Below, one piece after another: positions 36,706 through 50,662 of a DNA stretch of 64,000 bases. Both the position numbers and the translations under genes were made by a program. Under the pieces are notes generated by a model. That model was not told where the DNA came from and ran no database searches. It saw only the letters and a list, made by a program, of their open reading frames with translations. The first letter of the stretch is position 1. Each line of letters opens with the position of its first letter. The stretch spans positions 17,499,684 to 17,563,683 of the forward strand of contig JARFYF010000074.1 of the NCBI GenBank assembly GCA_030265395.1, read 5' to 3'. This stretch comes from Rhina ancylostomus (lineage: Eukaryota).

Positions 36706-39700
36706 TTATTCCTCAATTTACAAACATTTTATTAATATATTTTTGTTGGAGTGCCATTGACTCTTTGCAATGCATGTTTTCAATCTACAAATCTATTTCT
36801 CACTACTACAAATAGTGTGCCACTTTCCATCCACAGAAATATTCTGGACCAAAATGCCCAAAGTGCAATTCATCCAGCCTTTTCCATTTACAAAATTTTA
36901 CTTACTGAAATATTTTTGAGGAACTTAATCCTATCTCAAAGAAGATCTGGACTAATTTTTGATCCTGAGGCAATGATTGACTGCCATGCAACAGGATACT
37001 TTATTGAATTATTTTGCAATTGAATGGTTAAATTTATTTCAGAGGGTAATAAAAGGATAGAGCTAGACATAAAGGTCAATCAGAAATGGGCTAAATGGCC
37101 ATTTCCCATTCCTGTCATTTTGAGCTCTCTGCAACTTTTTTCTTCCTCCTGTCATCTACAGTTGCACTATTTCAATGGTATGTTGTTTTGCAATCTGTTT
37201 GGAAAAGGCTGCTCAGGGACATAATTAACAATAATTAAAGACAAGGCATTGGCTGATCCACAGCATATGACCGATTTTACTAACATTAGGATCAAAAATG
37301 CAAAATGGTAAATCAGTAACTGGAATTAGCCTAACCTTGGGGAGGATATGGAAACAACTTAGCTGAGGATATACATGTGGAGCATAGACAAAGGCAGAGA
37401 TGATGTGGGTTGAATGGCATGTTTCAGTGCTATTTATTCTATTTAAGTCAGATCCGTGCAAATTTAATCAGAAGGCAGGTGAGTGAAATGTTGATCAGAA
37501 AGACTGGATGATGGGGCAAGGCACATTGAGCAACATAGCACCAAACAGGACCAAAGATGAGGCAAATCATGACTATGACATTCTCCTGATGGATCATTTG
37601 AACAAGTGAAAAGTAAGAAAGATAATATCGTTCAGAACTTAGCTATCCTGGGAAAGACGGGACCGCTAAGATGCAGAGAAGAGCAGACTGTAAAATGAGC
37701 TTTGAATACATTGCAACAAAGTGTAAAGGATAAGAAAGAATGTGTTTTTTTTAAAGTTTAGATGCAACCAATGGGGAGAGTTCAAAGAAGCAACAGCAGC
37801 ACTTGTACTGATACAGCAAAGAACAATAGCGATTAACATACAGTGAGTGTTTAGAGGTTAGAAATGGAAGAAAAGAATATAATTGTTCTATTTGATTCAT
37901 AAACCAACGCAGTGAAAAAGTTTCCATTTCAAAGGGACAAAATTAAGCTTCGCCAAGGGAGCATATGGAATAGCAGAGATTAGCCACCTGTTGCACATGC
38001 AGCCTACCCACAGAAAGGAAAATCTGGTGGGAGATATAATGGTGGCCATTGTGCCTTTGCTTGATTTGCACCCGCACAAAAGTTGCATATTTTCCCTATT
38101 GTGTGCTTAACTAGACGGAAGATATTACTACTATAAAGATAATTGCCGTGTGATCATCTAATCCTGATTGTCAAATAAAACGTGTTGAAAGCAAAGCTGT
38201 TGTATTACAAGTCAGACATCTCCATTGTCAGTTTAATGACTGAGTATAACTACTATACTCATTCAATTTTTCACTATGATTGATATTTGTGGTTTTATGT
38301 TCATAATATTACTATACTTCAGCTTAGTACAATAAATTACAATTATACATACTTATTAAGCAGCATAAAGAGCAATTTTACTTGATATTGGATTTAAGAA
38401 GGATTTTGATAAGCTGAGAATTGTGCTTTTCCCAGTTAAATGCACATAATTTATCTCCCATGAGTTACAAATGATAGGGAAATCTTACTTTGTGTGACCT
38501 AGTCTCACAGTCTCTTTGGTTTCCGAAATCAATGTGAAAAATCAGTCTTCCATCAGAACTGTCACCACAGACCTGGAAGGATCCTGAGTGGCTGTGTGGG
38601 GTAACAAGAATGTCTACGTTTAATGAACAATGTATCCTCTAATGAGTGACAGTTTTATGTGTGTATCTAGGATTCAGCACAAATTATTTCAGTCATCAAC
38701 TTGCCTGGCGTCAAAATAGAATGAGGATCAGCTCAGCAACAAAGCAAAACATTGCAAAGTACCATGAAAAGACAGAATGCAACGTCTCGATCCATGGTTT
38801 TCCTGTGCAGTGAATTCTCAAATATTGTTAAGTTTTTGGGGATGGGGAAGAGGAAGGGAGGTGGAATGGAATACAAGAACACTAGAAATGATCCACCAAC
38901 CAATTTTTCTTTCATTTTCTTTGTGGAGAATTTTGAAATGGAGGCAGGGTGTTTTGGATGCAAACAGGTTTGCATCACAATGGAGTAACATATGTGGGAT
39001 TTACCTGCATGTCATGTGTGACCAGAGTATAGAGTAAAATTTAATCTGCTCTGTGCTTTTTCTATTAAGACTTTGTTACAGTTAACCAATGTTATTCACA
39101 CTATATTGATAATTTTTCTTCCTCTCTTGTAACCCATGAAAATGTTCATGACCATATTTGTTCAATTAATTTGTGTGAAATTATTGGGCAAAACTTCACT
39201 TTATCCTCAGAATAAAGACAGCAATGTTAAGGATCAAGCTTCACTCTGTATTCTTCAAGAGGTGATATCTGTTGCTAAGTTGTTCAATTTTATTTATTAA
39301 GTATTCTGATGTACAAATATTAAACCGCAGTCTAACAATATATAAAAAATATGCAGTTGGTAGAATGTTTTCAAAAAAATTTGTGTGATTTGAGATACAC
39401 TCAGTGAGAGAAGTCCCAAACCAATGAGTTTATGTGTGTCTGCAAGCGAGAAAAATTGGGTGTGATCACTGAACGGGTTAATGTGAAACAGAAGGCTGCT
39501 GGCTTATCAAAGGCTTGATCACACTAATTAAAATGTCTGTCACTTGCATGAAAATATCAGAGTTGGATTTTCAGATGGCTTGTTTATCAAAGCCCATCAG
39601 GTACATCTATTTTCTTAACAGTGCTGGAGAAGGATGCAAGATTAAGATGGTATTAAGCGGAAGAATTATTGATGTTTTTGTTATTTAAATCCATATTTTT

Positions 39701-40739
39701 TAAATGGAATAATATTGAATATCTGTGTTTCTGATCAAGACTAGACAGGTTCATCAGCCCAAGAAAGCTAAGCTCCTTGAAAGGTGTGTCTTAATAAAGC
39801 ACAGCTGGATTGCAAAAAGGCAATGTATAGAGAGAGAGAAAAATCTAAGAGAATTCATTAACTGATTCAAGTTAGTAATATGTTTTGCTTAAGAACAGGT
39901 TTGCAGAACAGACGTACACAATGTCCATTTGCACAATTTTTATTTATTATGGGGAGAATTATATTGCTGTTATTCAGTAAAAGCAGAGAAAACTCTTGTC
40001 ATGTCAGCCCGTCCTCAGCAGGTCTGTTGCTTTCCTTCACCAAGTACAAACAGCATTTTATTCTGCGAACAGTGTGCGCACTGAGGAAGAATCTTTTGTT
40101 TTTATCCCATGTTTTTCCTAATTCAAAATTAATTACCTTAATTCTTCTGGATAATTTCATCTTGCTCAAATCAAACTACATAGATCAATTTCATCATATG
40201 TAACTTTTCATATTTTTCTTTACAGGATTTGTGCTGTTCTGCACTGTCAATCGTTCTTTCCATTTTAAATGAAAACAATTTCAAGGTTTTTAATTTTTTA
40301 GCAATGTCTGCTTTCAAATCATTTTTACTGCATAAAAGCCTTTTATGAATTCCTTTCCTGGCCTTTGAACATCTCTCCGTTATGACTGTTCCTCAATGTG
40401 CAACTCTGACGAGCAACATTCACCAGGGACCTGGACCTCTCTTTCATTTGCTTCTTTCCTGGTCTCATCAATGTCGCTGGCTATCTTGACTGTCTGTAAC
40501 TTTGTTCATTTAATTATCTCCTTTTGCCTCTGTGAATTTCTATCCAATGCATGTCCAATTCTATTACTAACAGTGAGACATTTTGTATGTTTCAAAAACT
40601 GGCTGAGGCTCTGCTATCTCAATTCCCAAGATGGGGTGCTACATCCAAGTAGAATCCTTTGTTTGGACCTTGTAGCTCATCAAAGTATTGGGAATCTCAG
40701 TGCTAAAATCACAATCATTCTTTTTGCAAACATTGTCAG

Positions 40740-41340
40740 AAACTGATACCTGTAAGGAGGGCATGGCATTGGATAGATTTTGAACGAACCTATGTTCCTT
40801 TCCAAGTCCTGTCCTTTTGCATTTTGCTGAAAAGTGCAGTTCACAAAAGCATCCCTCACCTACACCACCTCCAAAGTATATCAGGATTATGATAGAATAC
40901 TCCTCNNNNNNNNNNGTACAATTCCAACATTCAAAAACCTTGGCATCATTCTGGCCACAATACACTTGATTGGTACACCATCTATTACACTGAAAACTCA
41001 CTCTCCACATAACTAGGCAGCATGTACCATCCACTGCAGCAACGAGCCAACGCTTCTTCAAAATCACACCCCAAAGCCCACACATCCATCACCTAGAAGG
41101 ACAAGGGTAGCAGGTACCTGGGAACTCTACCTGCAGATTGACTTCCGAGTCAGACGCCATCCTGAAATCTGGTCATTGCTGCTTGGTTTTCCCTAACCTA
41201 TAGCCCAGTTGATATATTATCTTCATTAGAAGGACTGGAGTGGTTCAAGAAGATAACTCTTCACAAGCGTCTCCAGGGAAACTGGGGGTGGGCAACAAAT
41301 CCCATCCTTGCCAGAAATACCCAGATCCTATTCATGAATT
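40740..41340 (+). mobile_element. Second CR1-clade LINE family, 3' end
   Basis: YDRIL..TFKNLGIILATIHLIGTPSIT corresponds to the 31593 ORF; CCTAGAAGGACAAGGGTAGCAGG and tail GGGTGGGCAACAAAT..CCTTGCCAG. Confidence 0.7.
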
Positions 41341-41879
41341 CCAGTTGCCACGATTATGATACGTCATTTAAATAATTGCTGGTCCAAGGTCTACTGTGAT
41401 TCTACCATAACAGTAATCTAATCAATAGGTTCTTAACAATTGAGTTGTGTGGTAACGACAAAAAGCAATGAGATCAAATTACCCAGTTAACACTACCTGA
41501 ACCTTGAGAACAAAATCACAGCCTCAGAATCACTTCAAGGGATCTATTACTTTTATAATACAAACGGTAGAGCTCAAGGGATGGTATTATTTTCTTCTAT
41601 TTCTAAACCAAGGGTCAGTCTCTGTGGGAATGCTGGTGGCCACTGATGCATGATAGCAATCAAGCTGAAGATTTAGAAGTTCTGGCACTTTTTCTAGATT
41701 ACCAGTAATTCATAGTTGAATATCGTACAATAAGTTTGCTTGTGTCTATTACATATCACATCTTTGCAATTCATCTTTATAGAGACATAAATTGAAAGTT
41801 ACATACAAATTAGTAGTGCATTCACATTTTAATTAAAGAAAACAATTATGGCCTTATCAGTTTAGTTCCTTATATAAGT

Positions 41880-42595
41880 GAAAGCTGGAAATACTGAGCA
41901 TGTCTGACAGTATCTTTGAAGGAAGAAACAGTGTTTACATTTCAGGTTGATGTCCTTTCATCAAACCGAAGAAATGTTAAAGATAAACAGGTTTTAAGAT
42001 GCAGCAAAAGTGGGTATGACAGAAGAAAACAAAAGAGGTCTTTGATAGGGTGGAAGGAAGGAAAGATTAATTGTCAGAAGCAATAATAGTGCATGCTGAA
42101 AAAGGGCACTGAAGGGATAAATAGGAAACAAAAGGCTGAAATGGACGAATTGTATAAGGGAAAGGGAAGGGCAGAATACTTCGATGAATTTCCAAAGAGA
42201 CAAGCTATAAGTGTTGGAAATCTGAAATTAAATACTCAAAGTGATACCTATTTGAAATGGTTGAGCAAGGTATTGAGTTCATGAGGTAACACAGGAGACA
42301 CAAGAGACTACAGGAGTTGGGATTTGGATCAAAACAAACATGCTGCTGGAGGAACTCAGCAGGTCTGGTAGCATCACTGGAAGCAAAGGGATAGTCAATG
42401 TTTCAGGTCAAGACCTTGTATCAGGACAGAGTGTAAAGGGAGGTGTGGGGCAGGAGCTGGCAAACATTGGTGGATCCAGGTGAAGATGGGTTGATGGGCA
42501 GAGGAAGAAGGGGTGGAGTAAGTGACAGAGGCTGGGAGCTGATTGGTGGAGACAACAAAGGAACGTCGATTATGGAATCTGATAAGAAAGGAAGT
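41880..42595 (-). mobile_element. Two adjacent Penelope-like 3' fragments (family B ~41880-42230; family A ~42295-42595), each with a degenerate hammerhead motif
   Basis: rc 41967-41933: GGTTTGATGAAAGGACATCAACCTGAAATGTAAAC; rc 42428-42392: TGTCCTGATACAAGGTCTTGACCTGAAACATTGACTA; both followed on plus by purine-rich UTR. Confidence 0.75.
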
Positions 42596-43964
42596 TTCTC
42601 TCACTATCTCCACCCCTTAATGCAATTGAGCCATTTTAATTTATGCACAGCATGTACATTAGGTATGGAATTTAGATAATGTCATTTATTAATGTCAACA
42701 GTACTTCACCATTTCATGATGTTAACTAAAGATGGGAATTGTATTTATTGCTGCTAACCTCATCTTGCTTTGATGATTCTGCCAAATCTGCTTTGAAACC
42801 TCATTTGTTACTGCATGCAACCTTATTCTTTGTATCCATCCATATCTGAATTATTGCTGAGCAAATGAAATCTTCCACAAAAGGTACAGAAATGAGATGC
42901 ACTTACTCAGGCTGTTAGCTCTACAGATGCTAACGAATGAGCTCTGGGAGTAGAAGCAGATGCAAGTGTCTTGAAAGTAGATACAGTGACATCAATGGTC
43001 ATGAACTATTCTGACATTGTTCTGACAGTATATTCCTGGACACCACACAACCTTTCTGCTGCTATTTGTCTGGTCATCCTCCATTCTGCCTGTGTGTATC
43101 TGCCCCTGCATATTTTATGCCTTCTACTTTTCGGAAATGTTGCATGGGATCCTCACCTCGCTTCAAGCATTCAGAAATAGTATTGCAATTGCCACCAATT
43201 TAGTTTAACTCAGCATGCCAAGCTTGTCTTGCTGATGTCATCAACACCGCATTCCAATATCAAAGATAACTGAGAAGTGTTTTTCTTGTGAATGTGCAAG
43301 ACATTTTGGACAATTTACTGCCAATTCAACCCATTTAAAAAGATCAAAAGAATATGGATTTATGAGACTAGTTTGTGAATAACTGCCATGACATCCAATA
43401 CCATGAGTGACACTGATTGAATTCTTAGATTTCCACTTAGCTGTTTGTCATTTTGTATTGTATTGATACAATAGGAATCCATATATAAAATGTATTGAGA
43501 ATATCTATAGTGGATCACTTTCAATTGTATAAGGCCATGCACAAATACCAATACCAATGCAAGTGATGGAATGATACATTTTAAAGAGGGTGTTGGGGAG
43601 AGNNNNGTTTGGGCTGGAAATTAGCGACAAATGTTCTTGATTACATTTCCTCTAAATAAAGAAAGGCACTGACTAGAAGTGTTCCTTGCAGTGCACAACA
43701 TATCAGAACATCAGTATGATGTGGGAGAAGATATCAAATTAGTTGCAAGTAGAATGAAAGAGTTGGACTGAGCAATAAAGTGACCATTTGACCAAAAGTG
43801 TCTTGAAGGTTAAAATGTAGTCTGAGTGCTTAGAGAAGTATTTAACCCAAAGAAGATCAAACCCTTAGAATCCTTAGATGGCTTTATATATTCTACTCTA
43901 TGTCTTCTTGGTGGTATTTAGATTTGCTGCATAGTAAAAACGTATTTACTTATTCTTCGCCATG

Positions 43965-44310
43965 GAATATATTTTATGGGTCAATGTCTTACAGTGTATA
44001 TCATGTTTTTTAGGTTATGCCCCTACAGTATGCATTAACTGGGCTAAAGTTTTTTATTGTATTACTGGGTTATGCCCCCATAGTATATGCTCACTGGGTC
44101 AAGCCTCAACTGTGACTGGAGAATATATTGGATTATAGGCTTACAATTATAAAAGCTATGAAATGAATTATTCTCTTACAATCTACCTTCACATGGTTTC
44201 ATCTCCACAGGATTTATTATATTTATTTGATCCTGCCCCACAGTGTACATTTCCAAGGTTAAGTCTCCACACTGTGTATACAATTTACTGTATCCATCCT
44301 GCCATAGCAG
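43965..44310. repeat. Degenerate ~29-30-bp minisatellite
   Basis: AGGTTATGCCCCTACAGTATGCATTAACT / GGGTTATGCCCCCATAGTATATGCTCACT / GATCCTGCCCCACAGTGTACATT / GGTTAAGTCTCCACACTGTGTATAC. Confidence 0.6.
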
Positions 44311-45034
44311 AATAATACAGAAAGACATGGTTCAGTGGGAAATATTTAAAAGATTCTATGAGTAATGTATAAGACAAGTATTAAGAATCTGAAATAAAAA
44401 CAGAAAATGCTGAAAAATCTCAGCAGGGCACTTTCTTTGATTCATTAAGAACCTTTTTTCTGTTCATTTCACTTTAAAAGTGTCACAGCAGTCTGCCCTG
44501 AAAGGTGCCATGCTGTATGTTTCTGGATTTTCAGCCTTTTGCGCTCCATAGGATGCATACTGTGCACACATGGCAACAATTGAGATTTTTTTTTATTTAT
44601 TCAAATGATTTGTAACAGGTCTATTCACAGAATTTGTTATCACCTCTTTTGAATCTTAAATTGATTTGAGTACCACTNNNNNNNNNNNNNNNNNNNNNNN
44701 NNNNNNNNNNNNNNNNNNNNNNNNNNNNNNNNNNNNNNNNNNNNNNNNNNNNNNNNNNNNNNNNNNNNNNNNNNNNNTAAAGAGAGATTTGAGCAATATA
44801 CTGGCATAGCGGGGAGTGCCACATTAAAGTTTCTGCACACAATTCTCAAATCAAGTTGCAAAAATGACAGTGAAAGAAGAATATCTGGTGGCAAGAAAGT
44901 ATTAATGCGGTTGTGACGCTAACTGTTGCTATTGCAGTTTGGCACTATCACAGGCCCACGAATTAGTAGTCTGTCTACTATGTGGACATTGTCTGATAAT
45001 TAAGACCAAATTGGGAAAGTGAAGAAAGACCTTA

Positions 45035-45170
45035 TGCGGTATTTCATATTCAACTTTTCAAGACATCAGGATTTCTCAAAGTCCTTTGTACTTCATCAAT
45101 GAAGTACTTTTGAAGTGTAATCACCATCATAAGATAGGAAACCTGGTAGCCAATTTAAGCATGACAAACT
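45035..45170 (-). mobile_element. DeuSINE 3' fragment
   Basis: CAATGAAGTACTTTTGAAGTGTAATCAC..TAGGAAACCTGGTAGCCAATTT; reverse complement is related to 30440-30480. Confidence 0.65.
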
Positions 45171-45639
45171 TTGGTTATAGTGGGCTGAGTCTTGCTCTAG
45201 CACCTCAGATCTTCTTGGACTTCAGCACATGCTGAAAGTTAGATGCCAGTGCTTCTGGTAGTCTTCTCCAATGCTGGATTCACCATTGATTCCAGTGATG
45301 GAGAAGTGATTCCCCAAAGAAAAATGTCTAAAACCACCTCAGGAAGACCAATGTAGGAATGGCAACCTCAGTTATTTACCTCTGTTCATATTTACCTCTG
45401 GTAGCATGGGTAGAGATGGGTTTGGGGAAGACAGGAAGTCAATATCAAAGAATCAAAGGATATAGAAAATAACAGAAGGTTGCAGAGGTATGAAACAGCA
45501 AGGCAATGGAAAATTTGTCGACGACACTGCATATTTTCAAAGCTGGTTCATGAGAGTGATTGAGTCAGGGAGGATAAGTTTGAAAGAAGAGAAAGATTTC
45601 AGGATAAGATGTAAATGGGAAGGTTTTAGGAGCTGAAAA

Positions 45640-45750
45640 TCAGTTATGACAAAGAGTCTCCAACCTGAAGCGTTAGCTCAGGTCCTCTTCTAAAAGATGC
45701 TACCTGACCTGCTGGGTATTTCCAGCATTGTTTTTGTTCTAGTTTCAGAA
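45640..45750 (+). mobile_element. Penelope-like terminus (family B), embedded in probable decayed L2 sequence
   Basis: CAACCTGAAGCGTTAGCTC..AGATGCTACCTGACCTGCTGGGTATTTCCAGCATT. Confidence 0.7.
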
Positions 45751-48414
45751 GCTTGAGTGTGGAGTTTGGTAGACAAGCAAGTATAACACTGGGGATGTTA
45801 GATGCAAAAATTGGATGAATATGAATAATGATTTTGGTGGCATTCCGTGTATATAGGAGGCTAGCAATGTTGTAGAAGTCACAGTAGGTGATCCTACTGG
45901 TGATTTGAAGTTCAGCTGTGGTTCAGAAAATTGCTATGATTGTTTTTTGTCAGAGAAAGAGCAGGTTGGAGAATGTCAGTGGCATGCACGTGGAAGCTTG
46001 ACCCAACAGGATAAAGAAATGGTGATATATTTCCAAGTAAGGGTGGTGTGAGTCGTGAAGCCTTGCCTTTCTAGATGACAAGAGGGTATTGATTTTAGAA
46101 TCTTCAACAAAGAAGCCATGATGGCCTGTTTGTAGATCATGCATCTTGTAGGTGGCCCTATTGAGGTGAATATTTAATTTAGTGGATGGAGAGCCATCCA
46201 TTTGAGATTAAATCAGGAATGGGGCAGAGCAGTACTTGTAAATTATTAGCAATTTGTCTCAGCAAATCTAAGAATTTTCAAGACAAAAATGGCTCCATGA
46301 TGTAATATAGTGTTTGTTTTAGCATATCACGAGAAAATTATTTATAAGATTATAGTTTTCCAAGCAAAGAAATCTTTAATTAAATATACTAGAAGTGTGC
46401 ATTTGCCATTGGGCAACTGTGATTTGCCTACTTATTTCTGGACCGTTGGGTAAATTTCTTACTGTCAGATTGAGTGTCCAACAGCAAATATTGTGCAAGC
46501 AGAGCAAAATCCACAAGATGGTGAGGGTTCTAGTAGCTAAAATCAACAAGGTTGCCTTCTTTGATTAGTTGACAATATTAACAATGGATGGAGTTGAAAA
46601 ATGGCTTTGGGATTTTAAATGCCCTTTTCAGCTAAAGTGAAGACAGCATTTGCAAGGAAGGTGTTTACTTGTAGTTAAATTGAATGCACCAGGAAATTTA
46701 CTCAGCAAAGTACTTCTATTCATTTCTTTCTGTCAAGAGAGTAGGGAATCTCTAGGAGATTGGTAATGAAAATTTAGCTCAGGCTGGTTCTTTTTATAAA
46801 TGTAAGGCTGACTTGATTTGGACTGAGGCAAGGAGAAAGACACATTCTCATTATAGGGCTGAATCTGAATTAAGGTCTCATTAGAGACATATACAAATTA
46901 AAAAGCATTTTGTGAATTGAGGTAAAAGATGCCTGTAGCAATTGAAATGTTAGCATTTTAATAGAAATCAGTCATTAATTTGAAAAACAAAAGTAGTACC
47001 GTATCCCAGCACTTAAGAGCTGGTAATTGGACTAACAACTTTTGAATTTCTAAATGGCTTAGCAATATCAATTACTACGCATTCCATCAAAAATTCTGTA
47101 GTGTGCAAAGACATCTTGTGTATCATCACCAAAGTAAGCTCCCACAGAGTACTGTGATTCAAATTAGTTATTAAACTTATCACCAAGGATAGAAAAGTTT
47201 CCTATTTTCAGTGAAGCCTTTTTAAAAAAATAAAATGAATGACATGTTTCAACTCATTCTCTGGCTCCATCTTGTTAGGATATGACATCACTCAATTTGA
47301 CTCCAAGATGACAGAAGCACACTCACAAGCATTTTAATTCCAGTAATGAGGCAATCAGATGGGACAATTTTGACCATGAGTTCTAATTTCAGTAGACACT
47401 GGAATTAAGAATTTAACAAAGTGTCCCATAAGGATAGGAAGAGGAATGTTATAGTGCAATAGAGGGAATAGGGGATGTAGGGTCAGGTAATATTGTGTTG
47501 GGCAATGGACAGTTCTCCATTCTCATTGGGTGATATTAATTCTATTTTCACCAAAGTTGCCTCAGCCTGTTTGAAGTTATGTGGACCTCACAATTTGGAC
47601 CTAATATCTCGCTCCAAGTCTGACAAGAAAATGCATCAGTTCTAAATAGTACCATCTCACCTCCTTGTTCTAAGTACTAATTTTCTTCAATGTTTTGAAA
47701 GGCAACTCAGAAAAGACTGACGTGCGCTGTGTACTATAGTAGAAGAGTTGAGCAAGGAGTAGTCAATCAAGTGATAAAAGCCACCTTTCCAGTTTTTTTA
47801 TCCTCCATTTCAGTTTGAGCTGTGATCTATTTATTTTTTGTTGTGTCCTGCTCTCACCCATCTCCACATCCATGATTGTTATAAGATCTGTGTTTCTGCT
47901 ACAGAAGACCCTATTCAGGCCTGGTACTTTGTCGTGCATCTCCTGGTTACTGTGATATATTTTGCCAAAGATGGCATATTATTTAATGAAAATATTCCCA
48001 TTGTATTTTGTTGTGGCTTTGCACATAATTGATCTTAGATGTAAAGAACAGGCCCCAATTTTAAGCTCACTTTTATGTGGTGATATGGAGTATTTAATGC
48101 ATTTTTCTGATCAGATAGTTGTTTTTTTGTCTCTGAGTCAGACAAGAAAGGAATGTTTCAGAAATTTTGATCTTCTGCCATAACTTTGTTAACCCATTGC
48201 TCTGAGGTATCAAACCATTTTCTTCTAACATCATAATGGGAGATGAGGGCACTTTCATAAAAATTCAACTTCAAACTTTCTGTTCATTCTCTTTGCAGAA
48301 GTGGAGCACAGAGAGAAAATCAAAGCTTCGCAAGGGAAACTTTCCCTTCAGAATGCTTTTAAGACTCCACCTTTTTGGAAAAAAAACTTCTTTTGTTTCC
48401 TGTACTTATTTTAA

Positions 48415-48640
48415 CTCACCATTGTCAACTGTGCCTTCAGCTTTCTAGGTTCTGAGCATCAGATCATCTTCCCTCCAATTCTTTAAATGCTTCTTGAAAT
48501 CTACCTCTTCCACCAAGCTTTTAGTCACTTGTCCTCATACCTCCTTTGATTTAGTGTCAAAGTCATTCCATAACACTCACGTGAAATGCCTGGGAACATT
48601 TTACTATATTAATGGGGTTGCTTAAATACCAATCATTGTG
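48415..48640 (+). mobile_element. L2 LINE 3' end
   Basis: GTGCCTTCAGC..CTTGAAATCTACCTCTTCCACCAAGCTTTTAG (LKSTSSTKL/LK.YLF.QAF-type end)..GTGAAATGCCTGGGAACATTTTACTA. Confidence 0.7.
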
Positions 48641-49549
48641 GAACAAAGGCCCAGAGCAATACAAGATCAAAATACTACTAATGTTGGAGAGCTGAAATAA
48701 AAATGAAAAATGCTGAAGCACTCAACAGGTGAGACGGTACCAGTGAAGAACAAAACAAAGTTAGTATTGCAAGTAAGTGAGCTTTCTGGCTCAGAGTTTT
48801 ATGTGTAATATGCTCCCCTCTGTCTGTATAACATAGAGAGGGGGAAAAAAAGCCAAGATAGTTGGAGACACAAGAGACTGCAGATGTGGGAATCTGGAGC
48901 AACAGACAATCAGATGCTAACCAGCAGTTTGTTTGTTAAGCCAAGGTTCTTCCTAGATGTTCAAGAAAAACCAGTATTTGTTGTTCTAGACTTGAAATTT
49001 CTTGACTCTCTTGTGGGAACTTCCCTTCAAGTGAACAGAACAACAGGCAACATCAATCAGTGGCAATGGGGTGCAAGCAGAAAATAGAAATGGCGACAAT
49101 TGAAATGTTATTAAAACAGGGAGATGTTTCTATGTGACCTTGAAGTTTGGCTTAACCTTATCACAAAAGCTGTATCGTGGCACTTTCTTCAGACATTCCT
49201 GCATTTATAACAGCTTGATACTGAGACAATGAAACATGCAAACTTCATCAGCTGTTTTACCAGTTACACTTATTAATGTCTTCTGCTACTGTCTTACACA
49301 CCCTACGCAAAAGGACCAGGTTGCCTGAGTTCCCTGTGTTTACATGGTGGAGATCTGTTTCAAAAAATCCAGACAAAGCAAGACCCAGTGTCTTGTCAAA
49401 ATTGAACAGTTCCAACCTGGCAGGAGGCAAGAGTTTTAAAGCAACTTTCACAGCAGCATTTTCATTATGTCAATGGAACATTCTTAGAAATATTTTTGTA
49501 TTCTCCGTGCTAATTTGTAAGGACAATTTTACCCTTAATAGGGAGATAG

Positions 49550-50460
49550 CCATGGATAACCAGTACTGTATTACACACAGAAAAGAACAAATCAGAGGGA
49601 AAACACTCAGCTTGCTGGAATCATATCCAGCAAAAATGAAGTAGTAGTCTGCACTCGAGTTCACCAAGGCTTGGATGACACTCAGGCTTGGGTTGATAAG
49701 TCTCAAATAACACCCTTGTCATGTTTCTGGCAATTACCAGCCCTTTTGACTAAACGTCCAACATTGAACTGTCTCCCCTTCACTTTCAGCTCAATCCATG
49801 TCATCAACATTGTGGGGTCATCACAAACCAGAAACTTCCATGTAAGTACTGTGACTGCAAAGTACAAGCCCAATAATGGGTATTCTGTTGTGAGTGGTGT
49901 CCTTCCTGACTTCCCAAAACCTTCCCTTGGTCGGAGTGTCATGAATTAGGAGCAGGAGTAGGCCATTTTGTGCCTTTTTCCTTCTCCCCATTTAGTAAGA
50001 TCATGGGTGACTCTGTATTCCAGTCTAACTTTTCACCCTCTTGCTTATGAAGAACTGGTCCAGTTTTGTGTTAAAAAAGTATCAGAAGACTTCCCAGCAC
50101 TGATTGAGAAAGAAAGTTTGAAAGACCTGACCCTCTGAGAGAAAGAAAAGTCTTCTCATTGCTGTCTTAAATGGTTCACTTTTTATTTATTGTAGTTTCA
50201 ACACTGAAGAAGCTTTGCAACATTCAAGGGAAACTAGCCAGTTGATCCATGTCCTAACAACCACCTTAAAATTTATGTGCTCCATCAGTCATACACCATG
50301 ATTACAATGGTGAAACTTGCCAAGTCATTTGCAAAGACATGACTACACCTTGAAGAACAAGGACAGAAGCCATATGGGTTTGGCATCACCTACGGCTTCC
50401 TATCCCGTTACACATCATTCTGACTTGCAGTAATCACTTTGCCATCCCTCATTGTTGGTA
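49550..50460. mobile_element. Decayed LINE cluster: second CR1-clade family plus pieces (~49550-49945, ~50290-50460) around a minus CR1 tail (~49946-50180)
   Basis: DTQAWVDKSQIT (RT W...WQ motif), KTLSLLESY; GAATTAGGAGCAGGAGTAGGCCATT tail. Confidence 0.6.
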
Positions 50461-50469
50461 GGTCAAACT

Positions 50470-50662
50470 ACATGCCCGTTTACCTGCACTGCACTTTCTC
50501 TGTAACTGTAACACTTTATTCCGTATTCTGTTATTGTTTTACCTTGTACTACCTCAATGCACTGTGTAATGAATTGATCTGTATGAACAGATGCAAGACA
50601 GGTTTTTCACTGTACCTTGGTACATGTGACAATAATAAACCATTTACCAATTTACCAAATAT
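50470..50662 (+). mobile_element. Rex1-like LINE 3' UTR
   Basis: Ends TTTCACTGTACCTTGGTACATGTGACAATAATAAACCATTTACCAATTTACCAA; matches the reverse complement of 26672-26850. Confidence 0.8.

Noticed and set aside
40205-40290. Acceptor TTTTCTTTACAG followed by a short open frame
   Set aside because: Donor GTTTTT is poor and the peptide is unrecognisable.
42900-42965. Minus-strand 37-nt exon-like segment with good splice signals
   Set aside because: Not a multiple of 3 and stop-rich; no other support.
48275-48415. Strong plus-strand acceptor TTCTCTTTGCAG and palindrome AAGGGAAA-C-TTTCCCTT (48332-48348)
   Set aside because: No credible donor before stops; a short palindrome of this kind is plausible by chance.
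49257-49644. Overlapping ORFs of 64 and 122 aa
   Set aside because: No recognisable domain or splice structure; the distal part runs into LINE debris.
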